Source of the DNA: Chiloscyllium plagiosum
Lineage: Eukaryota
Assembly: GCF_004010195.1 (NCBI RefSeq)
Contig: NC_057757.1
Span: 2,462,302-2,496,740 of the forward strand
Direction: 5' to 3'
Length of the DNA stretch: 34,439 bases
In this document: positions 1-11,929 of the stretch, in pieces
Numbering within the stretch: position 1 is the first letter of the stretch
Layout: every line of letters begins with the position of its first letter
Notes under the pieces: model-generated
What the model was told of the DNA's origin: nothing
The model's input: the letters and a program-made list of their open reading frames with translations, nothing else
Database searches by the model: none
Program-made: the position numbers and the translations under genes

Positions 1-20
1 CTCTCTCCCCTCTCCCCTAC

Positions 21-115
21 CTCTCCTGTCTCCGTGTGTGAGCCCCCTCGGGGTTTCCCAGGGGGAGTGGGAGGGGGCGGGGACGCCTCGGCCTTCCCGC
101 GTTCCCAACCGCCAT
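21..115 (-). other. Putative first exon of a divergent minus-strand gene continuing left of the window
   Basis: Minus strand reads GAG|GTAGGG with the donor at position 20. A possible ATG in good context (gctATGG, 113-115) gives MAVGNAGRPRRPRPLPLPLGNPEGAHTRRQE in phase 2. Coding status and identity are unknown. Confidence 0.4.
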
Positions 116-620
116 AGCAACCGCGCGCCTGCTCGCCCGCCGGCACGTCATCAGCCCGGCGCCGCGTCCCCTCGGGAGGACCCCAACTGTCAAACCCGAC
201 CGCCTGGCCCGCGCAGCGCCTGACTCCCCGCCTTCCCCCATCCAACGCACCAAGTAAAATACATAAACAAACCCCCGCAGCTTCAAACTGGATAATCCAC
301 TGTTTTTGAAAAAAAAAATCTGTCCTCCATTCACCCACCAAAGAGAGATTGCCAGTTATCTGTGTGGGTGTGAGGCATGAGGGAGGAGTGTTCGGGGCGG
401 CAGGAATGACACGGAGCCCGGGAAACGGTGCGGTATTTCCCGCTTGCGGCGAAGGGGAGCCGGTTTGAAGGGAGTTATCCGACGCCGATTGGTTCGAATT
501 TGTTGATTAAATTGCCGAGTGGCCGCGACGGGTCTTAAGGAAGGCCCACGGTCGGTGGGGCTGCCCAACGCGTTTGCCTGAGTGTCCAGGCGGAAGGAGG
601 TAGGTGGCTTGGCTGGGCTG
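40..620. promoter_or_regulatory. CpG-island, probably bidirectional promoter
   Basis: CpG-rich compared with the rest of the window. Motifs: GC box GGGGGCGGGG (73-82), RFX X-box-like CCGCCATAGCAAC (109-121), CRE/ATF-like CACGTCA (144-150), E2F site TTTCCCGC (436-443), CHR-like TTTGAA (464-469) and TTCGAA (493-498), reverse CCAAT (487-492). Outward-facing splice donors on both strands (20 minus, 600 plus). Confidence 0.75.
500..599 (+). other. Putative non-coding exon 1 of the plus-strand gene (start approximate)
   Basis: Strong donor GAG|GTAGGT at 599/600 at the edge of the CpG island, downstream of the CCAAT/E2F/CHR motifs. Confidence 0.5.
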
Positions 621-906
621 GGCTGGGGGTGCAGAGCTGCTGTGCCTCCTCCTCCTACTCCTCCAAGCAGACAGGGGGCGCTCTGCTCGGCTTTGGGAGC
701 TGTCGAAGTATCAAAGAGAGAGAAAGAGATAAAGAGGAAAGATATTGCATTTATATATAGACTGGCACGTCCCCGCTGCACCTCCTGGCCTCTGCGCTGA
801 CTCTGTCGGAGAGTGCCTGCCCCGGGTGGGTGGCTCAAGCTGGCGGGGTAGACAAGCAGGTGGCTGGGAGAACACCGCGAGCCAGGCAGCATCAGGAGGT
901 GGACAA

Positions 907-939
907 GCCGACATTTCGGGTGTAACCCTTCTTCAGGAC
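907..939 (-). ncRNA. Minimal type I hammerhead ribozyme motif (Penelope pLTR)
   Basis: Minus strand reads gtc-CTGAAGA-a-GGGT-tac-ACCC-GAAA-tg-TC-ggc: intact CUGANGA and GAAA boxes, 4-bp helix II, 3-bp helix I. Confidence 0.7.
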
Positions 940-998
940 CGGGGGGGGTGAGGGTGAGGGTGAGGGGGAGGGGAGAAGCAGCAGATAGAGGGCAAGTA

Positions 999-1678
999 CA
1001 GAGGGACCTCGATTATCCGAATACCAATTATCCAAACATCGGATTATCAGAAGGCGATCTCAAGGTCCCAATAGAAACATTACATCAAAGACGTGTTTCC
1101 AACAGTGATTAAACAGGCGCTGTCTCCAAATGACTGTCCTCCCGCCCTCTCTCTCTTCCCTGGAGTTCGACAGAGGGGGATACCTTAAACCCTAACCTCC
1201 CCCCTTCCCCAGATAATCTGACCAACGTTGTTCTGTACAGGGCAGAGGTAGAACCTGTCAAAAAGTTGTGTCTGTGGCTATGGCTGTGTGCGCGCGTGTC
1301 TGTGTTTGTGTGCGCGCTATTTGGAGACTTACCCGACAAAGGCAGCAGCAGTCTTGCTGTTGGTGTCCAGTCTGGAGAGGGTGGGGGTGGCAGTGCTGTG
1401 GCGGTGATGGGTGGGGGTGGTGTCAGGGGACGTAGGAACGTGTTGGACGGTTGGTTGGGGATGGGGGGTAGTGTTGGATGGGGTTATGGGGCAGAGGGAT
1501 GGCATTAAGGGCGGGGGAGGGCTCGCGCGGTGTTTGCTGCTGCAGTCTCCTGAACGGGGATCAGACTTTTAAAAACTCTGAGTCCCAGAGGAAAGGCATT
1601 TAATCGATTGACCGAATAATCAATTATCCAAATGAAATAGTGCCCACCCATCACGATCGGGTAATCGAGGTTCCCCTG
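999..1678. mobile_element. Non-autonomous Tc1/mariner-superfamily (pogo/Tigger-like) MITE
   Basis: 22-bp imperfect TIRs CAGAGGGACCTCGATTATCCGA / TCGGGTAATCGAGGTTCCCCTG, TA duplicated on both sides (997-998, 1679-1680), subterminal ATTATCC repeats, no transposase ORF. Confidence 0.85.
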
Positions 1679-2417
1679 TAGGGGGTACGACCTGGTTAAT
1701 CTGTGGTAGGAATGGATCTGGCTGGGAGAGGTGGAAGGCGAGGGGAGGGGAGGGGTTGGGAAGGGAGTCGGAGGATGGGGAGGGAGGTTATTTGAAATTG
1801 GAAAACTCCAATGTTTAGTCCTCTGGGCTGTAGGCTACCCAGGCGGAAGATGAGGTGTTGTTCCTCCAATTTTCAGTTTGGTTCGTTGTGGCAAAGGAGG
1901 AGGCCAAGGATGGTTATNNNNNNNNNNNNNNNNNNNNNNNNNNNNNNNNNNNNNNNNNNNNNNNNNNNNNNNNNNNNNNNNNNNNNNNNNNNNNNNNNNN
2001 NNNNNNNNNNNNNNNNNNNNNNNNNNNNNNNNNNNNNNNNNNNNNNNNNNNNNNNNNNNNNNNNNNNNNNNNNNNNNNNNNNNNNNNNNNNNNNNNNNNN
2101 NNNNNNNNNNNNNNNNNNNNNNNNNNNNNNNNNNNNNNNNNNNNNNNNNNNNNNNNNNNNNNNNNNNNNNNNNNNNNNNNNNNNNNNNNNNNNNNNNNNN
2201 NNNNNNNNNNNNNNNNNNNNNNNNNNNNNNNNNNNNNNNNNNNNNNNNNNNNNNNNNNNNNNNNNNNNNNNNNNNNNNNNNNNNNNNNNNNNNNNNNNNN
2301 NNNNNNNNNNNNNNNNNNNNNNNNNNNNNNNNNNNNNNNNNNNNNNNNNNNNNNNNNNNNNNNNNNNNNNNNNNNNNNNNNNNNNNNNNNNNNNNNNNNN
2401 NNNNNNNNNNNNNNNNN

Positions 2418-3217
2418 TCTTTTCCCTAGGGTGGGGGATTTCAAGTCACAGGGGATACATTTTTAAGATGACAGGAGAGAGATTTAAATAAGGCATGAGA
2501 GACAACGTTTTTACACACAGGGTGGTTTGTGTGTGGAATGAACTTAGATTATAGAGAATACGCAGCATGGAAACAGACCCTTCGGCCTAACTCATCCACG
2601 CCGACCAGATATCCTGAATTAATCTAGTCCCAATTGCCAGCATTTGCCCCATATCCCTCGAACTCCTTAACCTGGGGTAAAGACCTTGACCATCCACCTT
2701 ATCCATGCCCCTCATGATTTTATAAAGTCACCCCTCAGCCTCCAACACTCCAGTGAATGGAGTCCCATCTCCTCATTCTAACTCAAACCTTCCAGTCTCA
2801 GGTAACATCCTTGTACGTCTTTTCTGAACCCTTTCCAGTTTAATAACATCCTTCCTACAGCGGGGAGATCGGAATTGAATGCAGTATTCCAAAGGTGGCC
2901 TGAAGAACTCCTGTACTCAATGCTCTGACCAATAAAGGAAAACATACCAAACTCCTTCTTCACTATCCTATCTACCTGCGACTCCACTTTCAAGGAGCTA
3001 TGAACCTGCACTCCAAGGTCTCTTTGTTCAGCTACACTCCATCTGCCACTTCTCAGCCCATTGGCCCATCGAAGCAAGATCCTGTTACTCTCTGAGGTAA
3101 CCTTCTTCATTGTCCACTATACCACCTAGTTTGGTGTCATCCGCAAACTTACTAACCATACCTCCTAAATTCTCATGCAAATCATTTATATAAATGATGA
3201 ACAAAAGTGGACCCAGC
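2418..3217. mobile_element. CR1-clade LINE fragments (short plus piece, then minus-strand RT/3' region)
   Basis: Minus ORF 2778-3110 contains QRDLGVQVHSSLKVESQVDRIVKK, a CR1 ORF2 C-terminal motif repeated throughout the window. Confidence 0.85.
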
Positions 3218-3271
3218 AGTTAAATGAACAGCAAGCCGTCTGAAGAGATAATTGCAAGGGCATTCACTAAC

Positions 3272-3273
<2 letters not shown>

Positions 3274-3305
<32 letters not shown>

Positions 3306-3327
3306 GCCCAGAGAGAGAGAGAGAGAG
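3274..3327. repeat. (GA)n microsatellite
   Basis: Two GA runs seen directly. Confidence 0.9.
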
Positions 3328-4184
3328 GTTCATTCACTCAGAGGCAGACAGAAAAGGCCATTAACATGGGTATCTAGAGCTGAAGGAAAGTCTGGAACTG
3401 TTTGCAAGAGAACAGGAAACAAAAGATGTCACAGAGGAAGCAACCTTATAAAGCCACTTGGTTAAGGAACACGGGTTAAGCAGTAAGTGAGCTAAGTTAG
3501 CAGCTCACTTAAAGGGTGTTGTATAGAGTCACTAATTGAAGAAAGTAGCAGTGAATTAATGCAGAAATTTACCAAAATGATATCAGTAGAACAGAAGCAT
3601 TAATGTGGACTGACCACATTCACTGGGGTTTGGGTGTCCTTAAGGTTGTTGTCAGGGTAAAAGGGTTGAACCCCACCTTCTGAAATCGATGAAGTGACAC
3701 TATCCAATGGTACAGTGGAACAGAGTTCATTTTTCACTTACATTGAATAAATGCAGGTGTTTTTCTGTTAGAAGAACATCACAAACTTCTCGTGAATATG
3801 GTTGGAACAGAAAGAAATTATTTTTAAAAATTGTGGTCCATCAAGCCAGATTTTACGCTGGGGGGTCTGATTTGTTCTGTATTACCGTCACCTGGGAGCA
3901 GAACAAAGAGAGGGGATCGCTTTCTGCACTTCCTAAACGGTGGCAATACCCAGAACTCAAACTTTCTTGGCTGCAAAGTACTTTGAGATGCCCTGAGGAT
4001 GTGAATGGTGCTGCAGATCTTTTTTATTGAGAGGGTGTGGACACAATGTTTGGCATTTTTAAATTTGTTTATTGTCACATGTTTGTCTGCTTCCGTACCG
4101 CCTGACTCTATAACACAGGGAAAAGTGTTGTACATTAGGATAACGTTAAATTGATATCAGTTGGTCAACCTTTCTATTGAGACA

Positions 4185-4825
4185 GTGTTGTGCCTGAAAT
4201 GTTGATTCTCCTGCTCCTTGGACCCCACCTCTAGGGATAAATTTCCCTCCCCACCTCTATCTGTGTTTCAGAGCGACCATTCCCTCCACGACTCGCTTGT
4301 CAGAGCCACGACCACCCCCCCACCACTAACCCACCCTCCCCTCCTGGCACCTTCCCCTGCCATCGCAGGAATTGCAAAACCTGCACCCACACCTCCCCCC
4401 TCTCACCTCCATCCAAAGCCCCAAGGGAGCCTTCCACATCCATCATAGATTTACCTGCACTTCCACACACGTCATTTACTGTATCCGTTGCTCCCGACGC
4501 GGTCTCCTCTACATTGGGGAGACAGGACGCCAACTTGCAGAGCGCTTTAGGGAACATCTCTGGGACACACATGCTCCACCCCCTCTCTGACCTATCACGT
4601 TCACCCTCCTCCCCCATCGACCAATCACCTTCCCAGTGACCCCACCCCCATCTTCCTATGTATCTCTCAGCCTCCTTGGCCCACCAGCCTCATTCCTGAT
4701 GAAGGGCTTATGCCCGGAATGTTGATTCTCCTGCTCCTCGGAGGCTGCCTGACCCGCTGCGCTTTTCCAGCACCACACACTTTTCGACTCTGACCTCCAG
4801 CATCTGCAGCCCTCACTTTCTCCTA
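4185..4825 (+). mobile_element. Penelope-like element fragment with GIY-YIG endonuclease remnant and pLTR
   Basis: Translation CKTC...FHIHHRFTCTSTHVIYCIRCSRRGLLYIGETGRQLAERFREH shows the VIY...YIG motif with PLE Cys/His linker. pLTR with degenerate hammerhead at about 4696-4725 and a partial pLTR copy upstream at about 4190-4221. Confidence 0.9.
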
Positions 4826-4975
4826 TCGACACAGGTACCCGAGCAGAAACACCCTTTGCAATGGGCACATAATTACACTTCATGCTGCGTTCCTTCCTAT
4901 ACAATACCACAGTTTAATACTCTTATTCTTGGTTTAACCAGATATCCATTTGCAGAGTTTCACAAAAGTTATGAG

Positions 4976-5249
4976 TTGGAGCTGCCGGTGTTGGACTGGG
5001 GTGGACAAAGTTAAAAATCACACACCAGGTTATAGTCCAACAGGTTTAATTGGAAGCACACTAGCTTTCAGAGCGCCGCTCCTTCACCAGGTGGTTGTGG
5101 AGAATAAGACTAGAAGACACAATCTTATACTGCACATGTCTTACAATCTTATTCTCCACAACCACCCGATGAAGGAGCGTCGCTCCGAAAGCTAGTGTGC
5201 GTCCTTATAAACCTGTTGGACTATAACCTGGGGCTGTGTCACTTTTAAC
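4976..5249. mobile_element. Fold-back Penelope-derived pLTR insertion
   Basis: Arms about 5008-5110 and 5146-5250 are reverse complements. TTCACAAAAGTT duplicated at 4959-4970 and 5250-5261. Each arm has a singly mutated hammerhead core (CCGATGA on plus, CTGGTGA on minus). Confidence 0.75.
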
Positions 5250-5374
5250 TTCACAAAAGTTGACTGGGGAGTACAAACGGTGCACTGAGGTGCCGCCACT
5301 GGCTGGAGGGTGGAATTACAGCAACTCTGCTCCAAACACAAGGAATTGCATTTCTGTAGCACCTTCTGTCATCA

Positions 5375-6645
5375 TAGGAGGAGCCTTTGACAAGGTTCTG
5401 CACGGTAAATCATCCAGTAAAGTTAGATCACACAGAGCTTGACAGGAAGAGGCAGAGGGCAGTGGTAGAGGGGTGGTGTTCAGAGCAGAGACACAGGGAT
5501 CGGTGCTGGGTCCACTTTTGTTTGTCATTTGGATGAGGACATAGGAGGCATGGTCAGTAAGTTTGTGAATGACACCAAGATTGGCGGCATAGTGGACAGC
5601 GAAGAAGGTTGTCTGGGGATCTTGATCAATGGGGTCAATGGGCTGAGGAGGGGCAGAAGGAGTTTAATTTAGACAAATGGGAGGCAACGCATTTTGGTAA
5701 AACAAATGAGGGCAGAACTTATACAACTTAAAGTCGGGCCCTGGATAGTGTTGTGGAACAGAGAGATCTAGGGGTGCAAGTACATAATTCTTCAATGTTT
5801 GTGTCACAAGTTGACAGGGTGGTTAAGAAGGTGTTTAGCGTGTTTGCCTTCAACGCTCAGACCTTTGAGTACAGGAGTTAGGGGCGTCATGTTGAGGTTA
5901 TACAGGACATTGGTGAGGTGTCGTCTGGAGCACTGTGTCCAATTCTGGTCACCCTGCTATAGGAAGGATATTATTAAACTGGAGAGGGTTCAGAACAGAT
6001 TTACCAGGGAATGGAGGGTTTGGGTTATAAGGAGAGGCTGGGTAGGCTGGGAGCTTATTTTTCACTGGAGCGGAGGAGGTTGAGCAGTGACCTTATCGAG
6101 GTTTATAAAATAATGAGGCGTACAGATAGGGCGTCTTTTCCCTGGGGTGGGGGAGTTTGAAGACTAGGGAGCACATTTTCAAGGTGAGAGGAGAGGGATT
6201 TTAAAAAGACAGGAGAGGCAAATTTTAAACACAGAGGGTGGTTCGCGTGTGGAAAACGAACTTCCTGAGGGAGTGGTGGATGTGGATACAGTTACAACGT
6301 TTAAAAGACATTTGGGTAAGTTCGCGAATAGGAGACAGTGAGGACTGCAGATGCTGGAGATCAGAGTCGAGAGAGCGGTGCTGGGAAAGCACAGCAGGGT
6401 CAGGCAGCATCCGAGGAGCAGGAGAATCGACGTTCCGGGCATAAGCCCTTCATCAGGAATCCTGCTCGGAATGTCGATTCTCCTGCTCCTTGGATGCTGC
6501 CTGACCTGCTGTGCTTTTCCAGCACCACTCTCTCGACACTAAGTACATGAATGGGGAAAGGTTTGGAGGGATATGGAAGTAGCTTAGTTTGGGATTATGG
6601 ACTGGTTGGATGGAAAGGTCTGTTTCCGTGCTAGATGGCTCTGTG
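5375..6645 (+). mobile_element. Decayed CR1 LINE (RT through 3' tail), interrupted at 6330-6539
   Basis: QGSVLGPLLF and SKFV(N)DTKIGG remnants, then LYRTLVR..LEHCVQFWSPCYRKDIIKLERVQ and a 3' tail. Confidence 0.9.
6330..6539. mobile_element. Fold-back Penelope pLTR insertion within CR1
   Basis: Same family as 4690-4825. Arms about 6367-6437 and 6468-6537 are inverted. Imperfect 13-bp flanking duplication TAAGTTCGCGAAT / TAAGTACATGAAT. Confidence 0.8.
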
Positions 6646-6759
6646 AGAAACCGCCCCTTGAAGTGTGTAATACAGGGAACCCCGTGGCTAAAATGCAGGC
6701 ACAGTGAGATTCCACAAACAACACACAGTTAGGGGAGAAAACATATTGAGGCGGAGCTT

Positions 6760-7260
6760 TGTGCACATCAGGCCAGTTTGCAAGAAAAGCCAGTGTCAAG
6801 GGAAAACAGCATTTAATCAGTGCAAGAAGAGGGTGCTGATTGGTTGGCAGACACACTGCCAAGGGCAGTGCACCAGATAGCAGATGACCGACAGTTAACT
6901 TCCAACCTTTGTTTAAGTGTTAAACCGGGATTGGTCTAATAAACAAAGCCAAGAATTGCAGTCCCCCCATTGTGTTGAGTTAAAGTAGGTACAATGTGTA
7001 CAAAACCTTTCTGTCTACAAAGAACAGGGCTGTGAGGATTCACATATGGAGCTTCTATACCGTTAACCTGACTGGCAATCCTAATCCACTCACCAAAACC
7101 CCTTCAGTTAAATGTCAGTCATCATCGCCTTGGTGCCATGTCAATGCCCTAGCAATCGTTTGCCAACCAATCAGCACTCTCATCCCTTTATAATACAAAT
7201 GCAGTTTTCCTTTTAACATGTGTATTCTTGCAAAGTGTCCTGATGAGGACATGATATAAA
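6760..7260. repeat. Old fold-back element with hammerhead remnant
   Basis: About 6763-6900 is the reverse complement of about 7105-7250 (for example GAGGGTGCTGATTGGTTGGCA / TGCCAACCAATCAGCACTCTC). CTGATGA at about 7240. A related mini fold-back lies at 32098-32210. Confidence 0.6.
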
Positions 7261-8009
7261 CCTTCCAGAGGTTGGTAATAATGTGAACTTTTATTTTTAC
7301 ATCATAGTGCCTCCTTTAAAGCAAGGGATCAAAATGGAGTGCCTAAATTACGCTAAAAGTCCAATAATCCCAATTTCCCAGACCCTAGAATGTTAATGAT
7401 ATTTGAAGTGCTCATCCACATTTTTAAAAAAATGTTTCCGGTCTCCGTTACCTTTCCAGACAGTGCATTCCGAATTCCCGTTGAGTGGGAAAGTTTTTTC
7501 CCCAAACCACCACAACCCCCCCAAACCTCCTGCCCCTCACCCTAAAACTGTACCCCTCTGGTGAGGGAGCCCCTAACCAAGGGGAACAGTTACACTCGAT
7601 CCGCCCTGTCCCATACTCCTCGCAATCTCCTACACCTCAATCCCGCCTCTCCGTCTAAAGATACCAATCCGAGCCCATCCAATCTCTCCTTACAACTCAA
7701 TGTCTCCATCCCAGGGATACATCCTGGTGAGTCCCCTCTGTACCCCCTCCAGTGCTCTCACACCCTTCACAACACACATTACCTCAGCTGTGGCCTCAGC
7801 AATGCCCTGTACAACTCCAACGTTACCACCCTGCTCTTCGACTCTGTGGCACGGTGGATGAAAGCAAGTGTCTCGTCTGTCAGGAAGCACTGTTTACACA
7901 CAAAGTGGGGGAAACGTTTGCTCCTCAGCGGATCAGTCATTAATTTTATGTCGGAGACTGATACATTTCTGGTTGAGTTGCAGGCAGTTGTATCGAACCA
8001 GGTCGCAGA

Positions 8010-8810
8010 GAGAGACCGACACCAAGGAAAGAGACCCTTCAGCCCAACCTGTCCATGCCGCCCAGATATCCTAACCTAATCTAGTCCCGATTTGGAGATG
8101 CCGGTGTTGGACTGGGGTGTACAAAGTTAAAAATCACACAACACCAGGTTATAGTCCAACAGGTTTAATTGGAAGCACATTAGCTTTCAGGTGATGAAGG
8201 AGCGTCGCTCCGAAAGCTAGTGTGCTTCCAATTAAACCCGTTGGACTATAACCTGGTGTTGTGTGATTTTTAATCTAGTCCCACCTGCCAGCACTTGGCC
8301 CATATCCCTCCAAACCCTTCCTATTCATATCCCCATCCAGATGCCTTTCAAATGTTGCAATTGTACCAGCCTCCACCATTTCCTCTGGCAGTTCATTCCA
8401 TACACGCACCACCCTCTGTGTGAAAACGTTGCCCCTCAGGTTCCTTTCCCCTCTCACCCTAAACCTATGCCCCTCTAGTTCTGGACTCCCCCACCCCAGG
8501 GAAAAAACCTTGTCTATTTACCCTCTCCATGCCCCTTATGATTTGATAAACCTCTTTAAGGTCACCCCTCAGCCTCCGACGCTCCAGGGAAAACAGTCCC
8601 AGCCTGTTCAGCCTCTCCCTGTAGCTTAAACCTTCCAATATCCTTGTAAATCCTTTCTGAACCCTCTCAAGTATCGCAACATCCTTCCGATAGGAGGGAG
8701 ACCAGAATTACACACAATATTCCAATAGGGGCCTTAACCAATGTCCTGTACAGCCACAACATGACCTCCCAACTCCTGTACTCAATACTCTGACCAATGA
8801 AGGCATGAGC
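8010..8810 (-). mobile_element. CR1 LINE 3' fragment with nested fold-back
   Basis: Minus ORF RGNVFTQRVVRVWNELPEEMVEAGTIATFERHLD matches the CR1 ORF2 end. Confidence 0.9.
8089..8270. mobile_element. Fold-back Penelope-derived pLTR insertion (same family as 4976-5249)
   Basis: Inverted arms about 8128-8188 and 8213-8273. TAATCTAGTCCC duplicated at 8077-8088 and 8271-8282. Hammerhead-like TGATGA-aGGAGCgtcGCTCC-GAAAGCTA. Confidence 0.8.
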
Positions 8811-10382
8811 CACTGAATGGTAGAATGGGGCCGAATGGCCTATTCCTTTGGTGCAGTAAAGAGCGAATGCCGTTTGTCAGAGGCTTAAGGAGCAGCACTC
8901 TATCTGCACCCACCCCCCACCTCAGAAGCAAGTAAATGATACCACCCCTCCCCCCCCCCCCGCATTCCCCGTCGGGAGGGGGGGCTATATCGAAAAGACA
9001 CGTCTCTCCGTGTCTGCGCTGACCCATCGCGTTCAACGTCAGCAATTGCAGGGTGAGCTGGCCTGTTGTCAGCATGGCTGGGTCTGGGATCTTGCTGTGT
9101 ACAGAGCGGCATCTCCCCCATCGCACCTGAGGAGTGGGGGCGGGGGTGGGAGTAGAGTGCCCCATCATCCACCCCGCTGGCTGCCCTGTGGATGTGGAAG
9201 GCACTACGCAAATTCAGGTCTTTTCCGATGTGTTTGCGGAGCGGAATGTGCTGCTTCCCACCCTGGTCTCCTCTGGTGCCGAGGCTATGAATACGTCTGA
9301 AGGAATTTGTCACCCAGATGGGAGTGAAGTGTTTGTGCTCGCAGAGGAGGGGTGCGGTTGGGGGTGGGGGCGAGAGAGAGAGAGAGAGACGGGAGGGGAG
9401 AGGTGTGGGAACCGAGCAGGTGGGAGAGAGGGAAGGGGGAGCCGTTGAGGGAAAAAGGGTCAGTTAGGCAGGGCGTAGAGGGATTGGGAAGGTAGGGAGC
9501 GAGGGAAGGAGATGGAGAGGAGGAAGCTGACTGAGAAGAGGAGGAAGAGGGGAGGGCGCAACTACGCCGCAATATGAGAGGCGCAACTACGCCGCAATGC
9601 AAGATGTGCAACGCAGGGAGGGCGCAACTACGCNNNNNNNNNNNNNNNNNNNNNNNNNNNNNNNNNNNNNNNNNNNNNNNNNNNNNNNNNNNNNNNNNNN
9701 NNNNNNNNNNNNNNNNNNNNNNNNNNNNNNNNNNNNNNNNNNNNNNNNNNNNNNNNNNNNNNNNNNNNNNNNNNNNNNNNNNNNNNNNNNNNNNNNNNNN
9801 NNNNNNNNNNNNNNNNNNNNNNNNNNNNNNNNNNNNNNNNNNNNNNNNNNNNNNNNNNNNNNNNNNNNNNNNNNNNNNNNNNNNNNNNNNNNNNNNNNNN
9901 NNNNNNNNNNNNNNNNNNNNNNNNNNNNNNNNNNNNNNNNNNNNNNNNNNNNNNNNNNNNNNNNNNNNNNNNNNNNNNNNNNNNNNNNNNNNNNNNNNNN
10001 NNNNNNNNNNNNNNNNNNAGGAGAGTGGGTGAGAGAGAGGGAGTGAGGAGGGGAAGAGTTGGAAGGGAGATCGAGAGGGAGTAATAGTGAGGAGGGGGGA
10101 GAGAGAGAAAGAGGGAAAGAGTGGATAAAGGGAAAATAAGAGAAAGGGAGTGGGGCGGAGCTCTGTGTGCTGGATAGAAACGAAGGAGATGGGGACTGGG
10201 TGAGGGAGGAGAGCTCGAAGAGGGAGGGGATTTAGTCAGAGAGAGGGGGAGGGAAGCAGCAGTGTGCAGAGAGAGAGAGCTAGAGGCTCCGGGAGTGATT
10301 GCAGAGAGATTGATGGTCTTTCCCCTGATCAATAAAACCACATCCCTCTGTCTCTCTCTCTCTCTCTCTGTGTGTGTGTCAG

Positions 10383-10534
10383 AATGTGATTGAGAGCGTC
10401 CTCACAGACTGACCTCTGTCTTTATAAAGAGGCCCATGTGAAAATCAGGAGAGAGAGAGGGAGCTCTGAGGAGGGAGGCAATCCGGGGGAAGTGAACCCT
10501 GGGCTGGACAGAATCGAGATCCTCCGGGAATGAG
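10383..10534 (+). other. Putative non-coding (5'UTR) exon of the plus-strand gene
   Basis: Long (CT)n tract then TCAG| acceptor, and a perfect GAG|GTGAGT donor. Stops occur in all three frames. Confidence 0.55.
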
Positions 10535-11929
10535 GTGAGTGCTGTGCCCTCAGTGAGGTCTGTCTCGGGATGCGGCTGGTTTTCCCCTGAATCGTCCCTC
10601 AGAATCACCACAATCCCTGCTCAGGCAACCACTCCAGAGGTGGGGGGTTGGAGAGGGTCTCTGGGCAAGAGCAGGGATTTTCCGCCCCCTTTCAGTGAGG
10701 AGGTGGGGGGGGGGAGACTAACATTTTGAATGGAATTGGGAGGAGAGGAATCCTTGGAACTCCTTTCAGGCTGCTAGCAGGGATGGGTGGGGCTGAATGG
10801 CCTCTTGTGATCCTCCCCACCATCCCCTCAACAGAGAAAGGATGGGAGGCTGGAGAGAGATGGAGTGAAACGATTGAGAGAGGCAGATGGTGGGAGAGAG
10901 GTGGGTTCAGGGAGTGATAGAGAGAGAGAATGGGGCGGGGAGAGATGTGTATAGAGAGAGAGAGAATGGGGCAGGGAGAGATGTGTATAGAGAGAGAGAN
11001 NNNNNNNNNNNNNNNNNNNNNNNNNNNNNNNNNNNNNNNNNNNNNNNNNNNNNNNNNNNNNNNNNNNNNNNNNNNNNNNNNNNNNNNNNNNNNNNNNNNN
11101 NNNNNNNNNNNNNNNNNNNNNNNNNNNNNNNNNNNNNNNNNNNNNNNNNNNNNNNNNNNNNNNNNNNNNNNNNNNNNNNNNNNNNNNNNNNNNNNNNNNN
11201 NNNNNNNNNNNNNNNNNNNNNNNNNNNNNNNNNNNNNNNNNNNNNNNNNNNNNNNNNNNNNNNNNNNNNNNNNNNNNNNNNNNNNNNNNNNNNNNNNNNN
11301 NNNNNNNNNNNNNNNNNNNNNNNNNNNNNNNNNNNNNNNNNNNNNNNNNNNNNNNNNNNNNNNNNNNNNNNNNNNNNNNNNNNNNNNNNNNNNNNNNNNN
11401 NNNNNNNNNNNNNNNNNNNNNNNNNNNNNNNNNNNNNNNNNNNNNNNNNNNNNNNNNNNNNNNNNNNNNNNNNNNNNNNNNNNNNNNNNNNNNNNNNNNN
11501 NNNNNNNNNNNNNNNNNNNNNNNNNNNNNNNNNNNNNNNNNNNNNNNNNNNNNNNNNNNNNNNNNNNNNNNNNNNNNNNNNNNNNNNNNNNNNNNNNNNN
11601 NNNNNNNNNNNNNNNNNNNNNNNNNNNNNNNNNNNNNNNNNNNNNNNNNNNNNNNNNNNNNNNNNNNNNNNNNNNNNNNNNNNNNNNNNNNNNNNNNNNN
11701 NNNNNNNNNNNNNNNNNNNNNNNNNNNNNNNNNNNNNNNNNNNNNNNNNNNNNNNNNNNNNNNNNNNNNNNNNNNNNNNNNNNNNNNNNNNNNNNNNNNN
11801 NNNNNNNNNNNNNNNNNNNNNNNNNNNNNNNNNNNNNNNNNNNNNNNNNNNNNNNNNNNNNNNNNNNNNNNNNNNNNNNNNNNNNNNNNNNNNNNNNNNN
11901 NNNNNNNNATCTCTCTCTCTCTCTCTCTC

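Larger units (their letters stand above)
850..1917 (-). mobile_element. Penelope-like element 3' fragment (GIY-YIG C-terminus plus pLTR with hammerhead), interrupted by a MITE
   Basis: Minus strand of about 1790-1915 encodes ...KLEEQHLIFRLGSLQPRGLN, typical of the PLE endonuclease end. Colinear with the uninterrupted copy at 28305-28830. Hammerhead core at 907-939. Confidence 0.8.

Noticed and set aside
1811..2491. Long ORFs spanning N runs (also about 9574-10341, 10828-12203, 24930-25647, 27169-28026)
   Set aside because: Artefacts of assembly gaps translated as X.
3220..4030. ORF 3707-4030 and possible LTR-like block
   Set aside because: No protein similarity or splice sites, and LTR termini could not be defined.
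8900..9448. Overlapping ORFs in unique-looking DNA
   Set aside because: No recognisable protein, no convincing splice pair, and partial overlap with a Deu-SINE relic.
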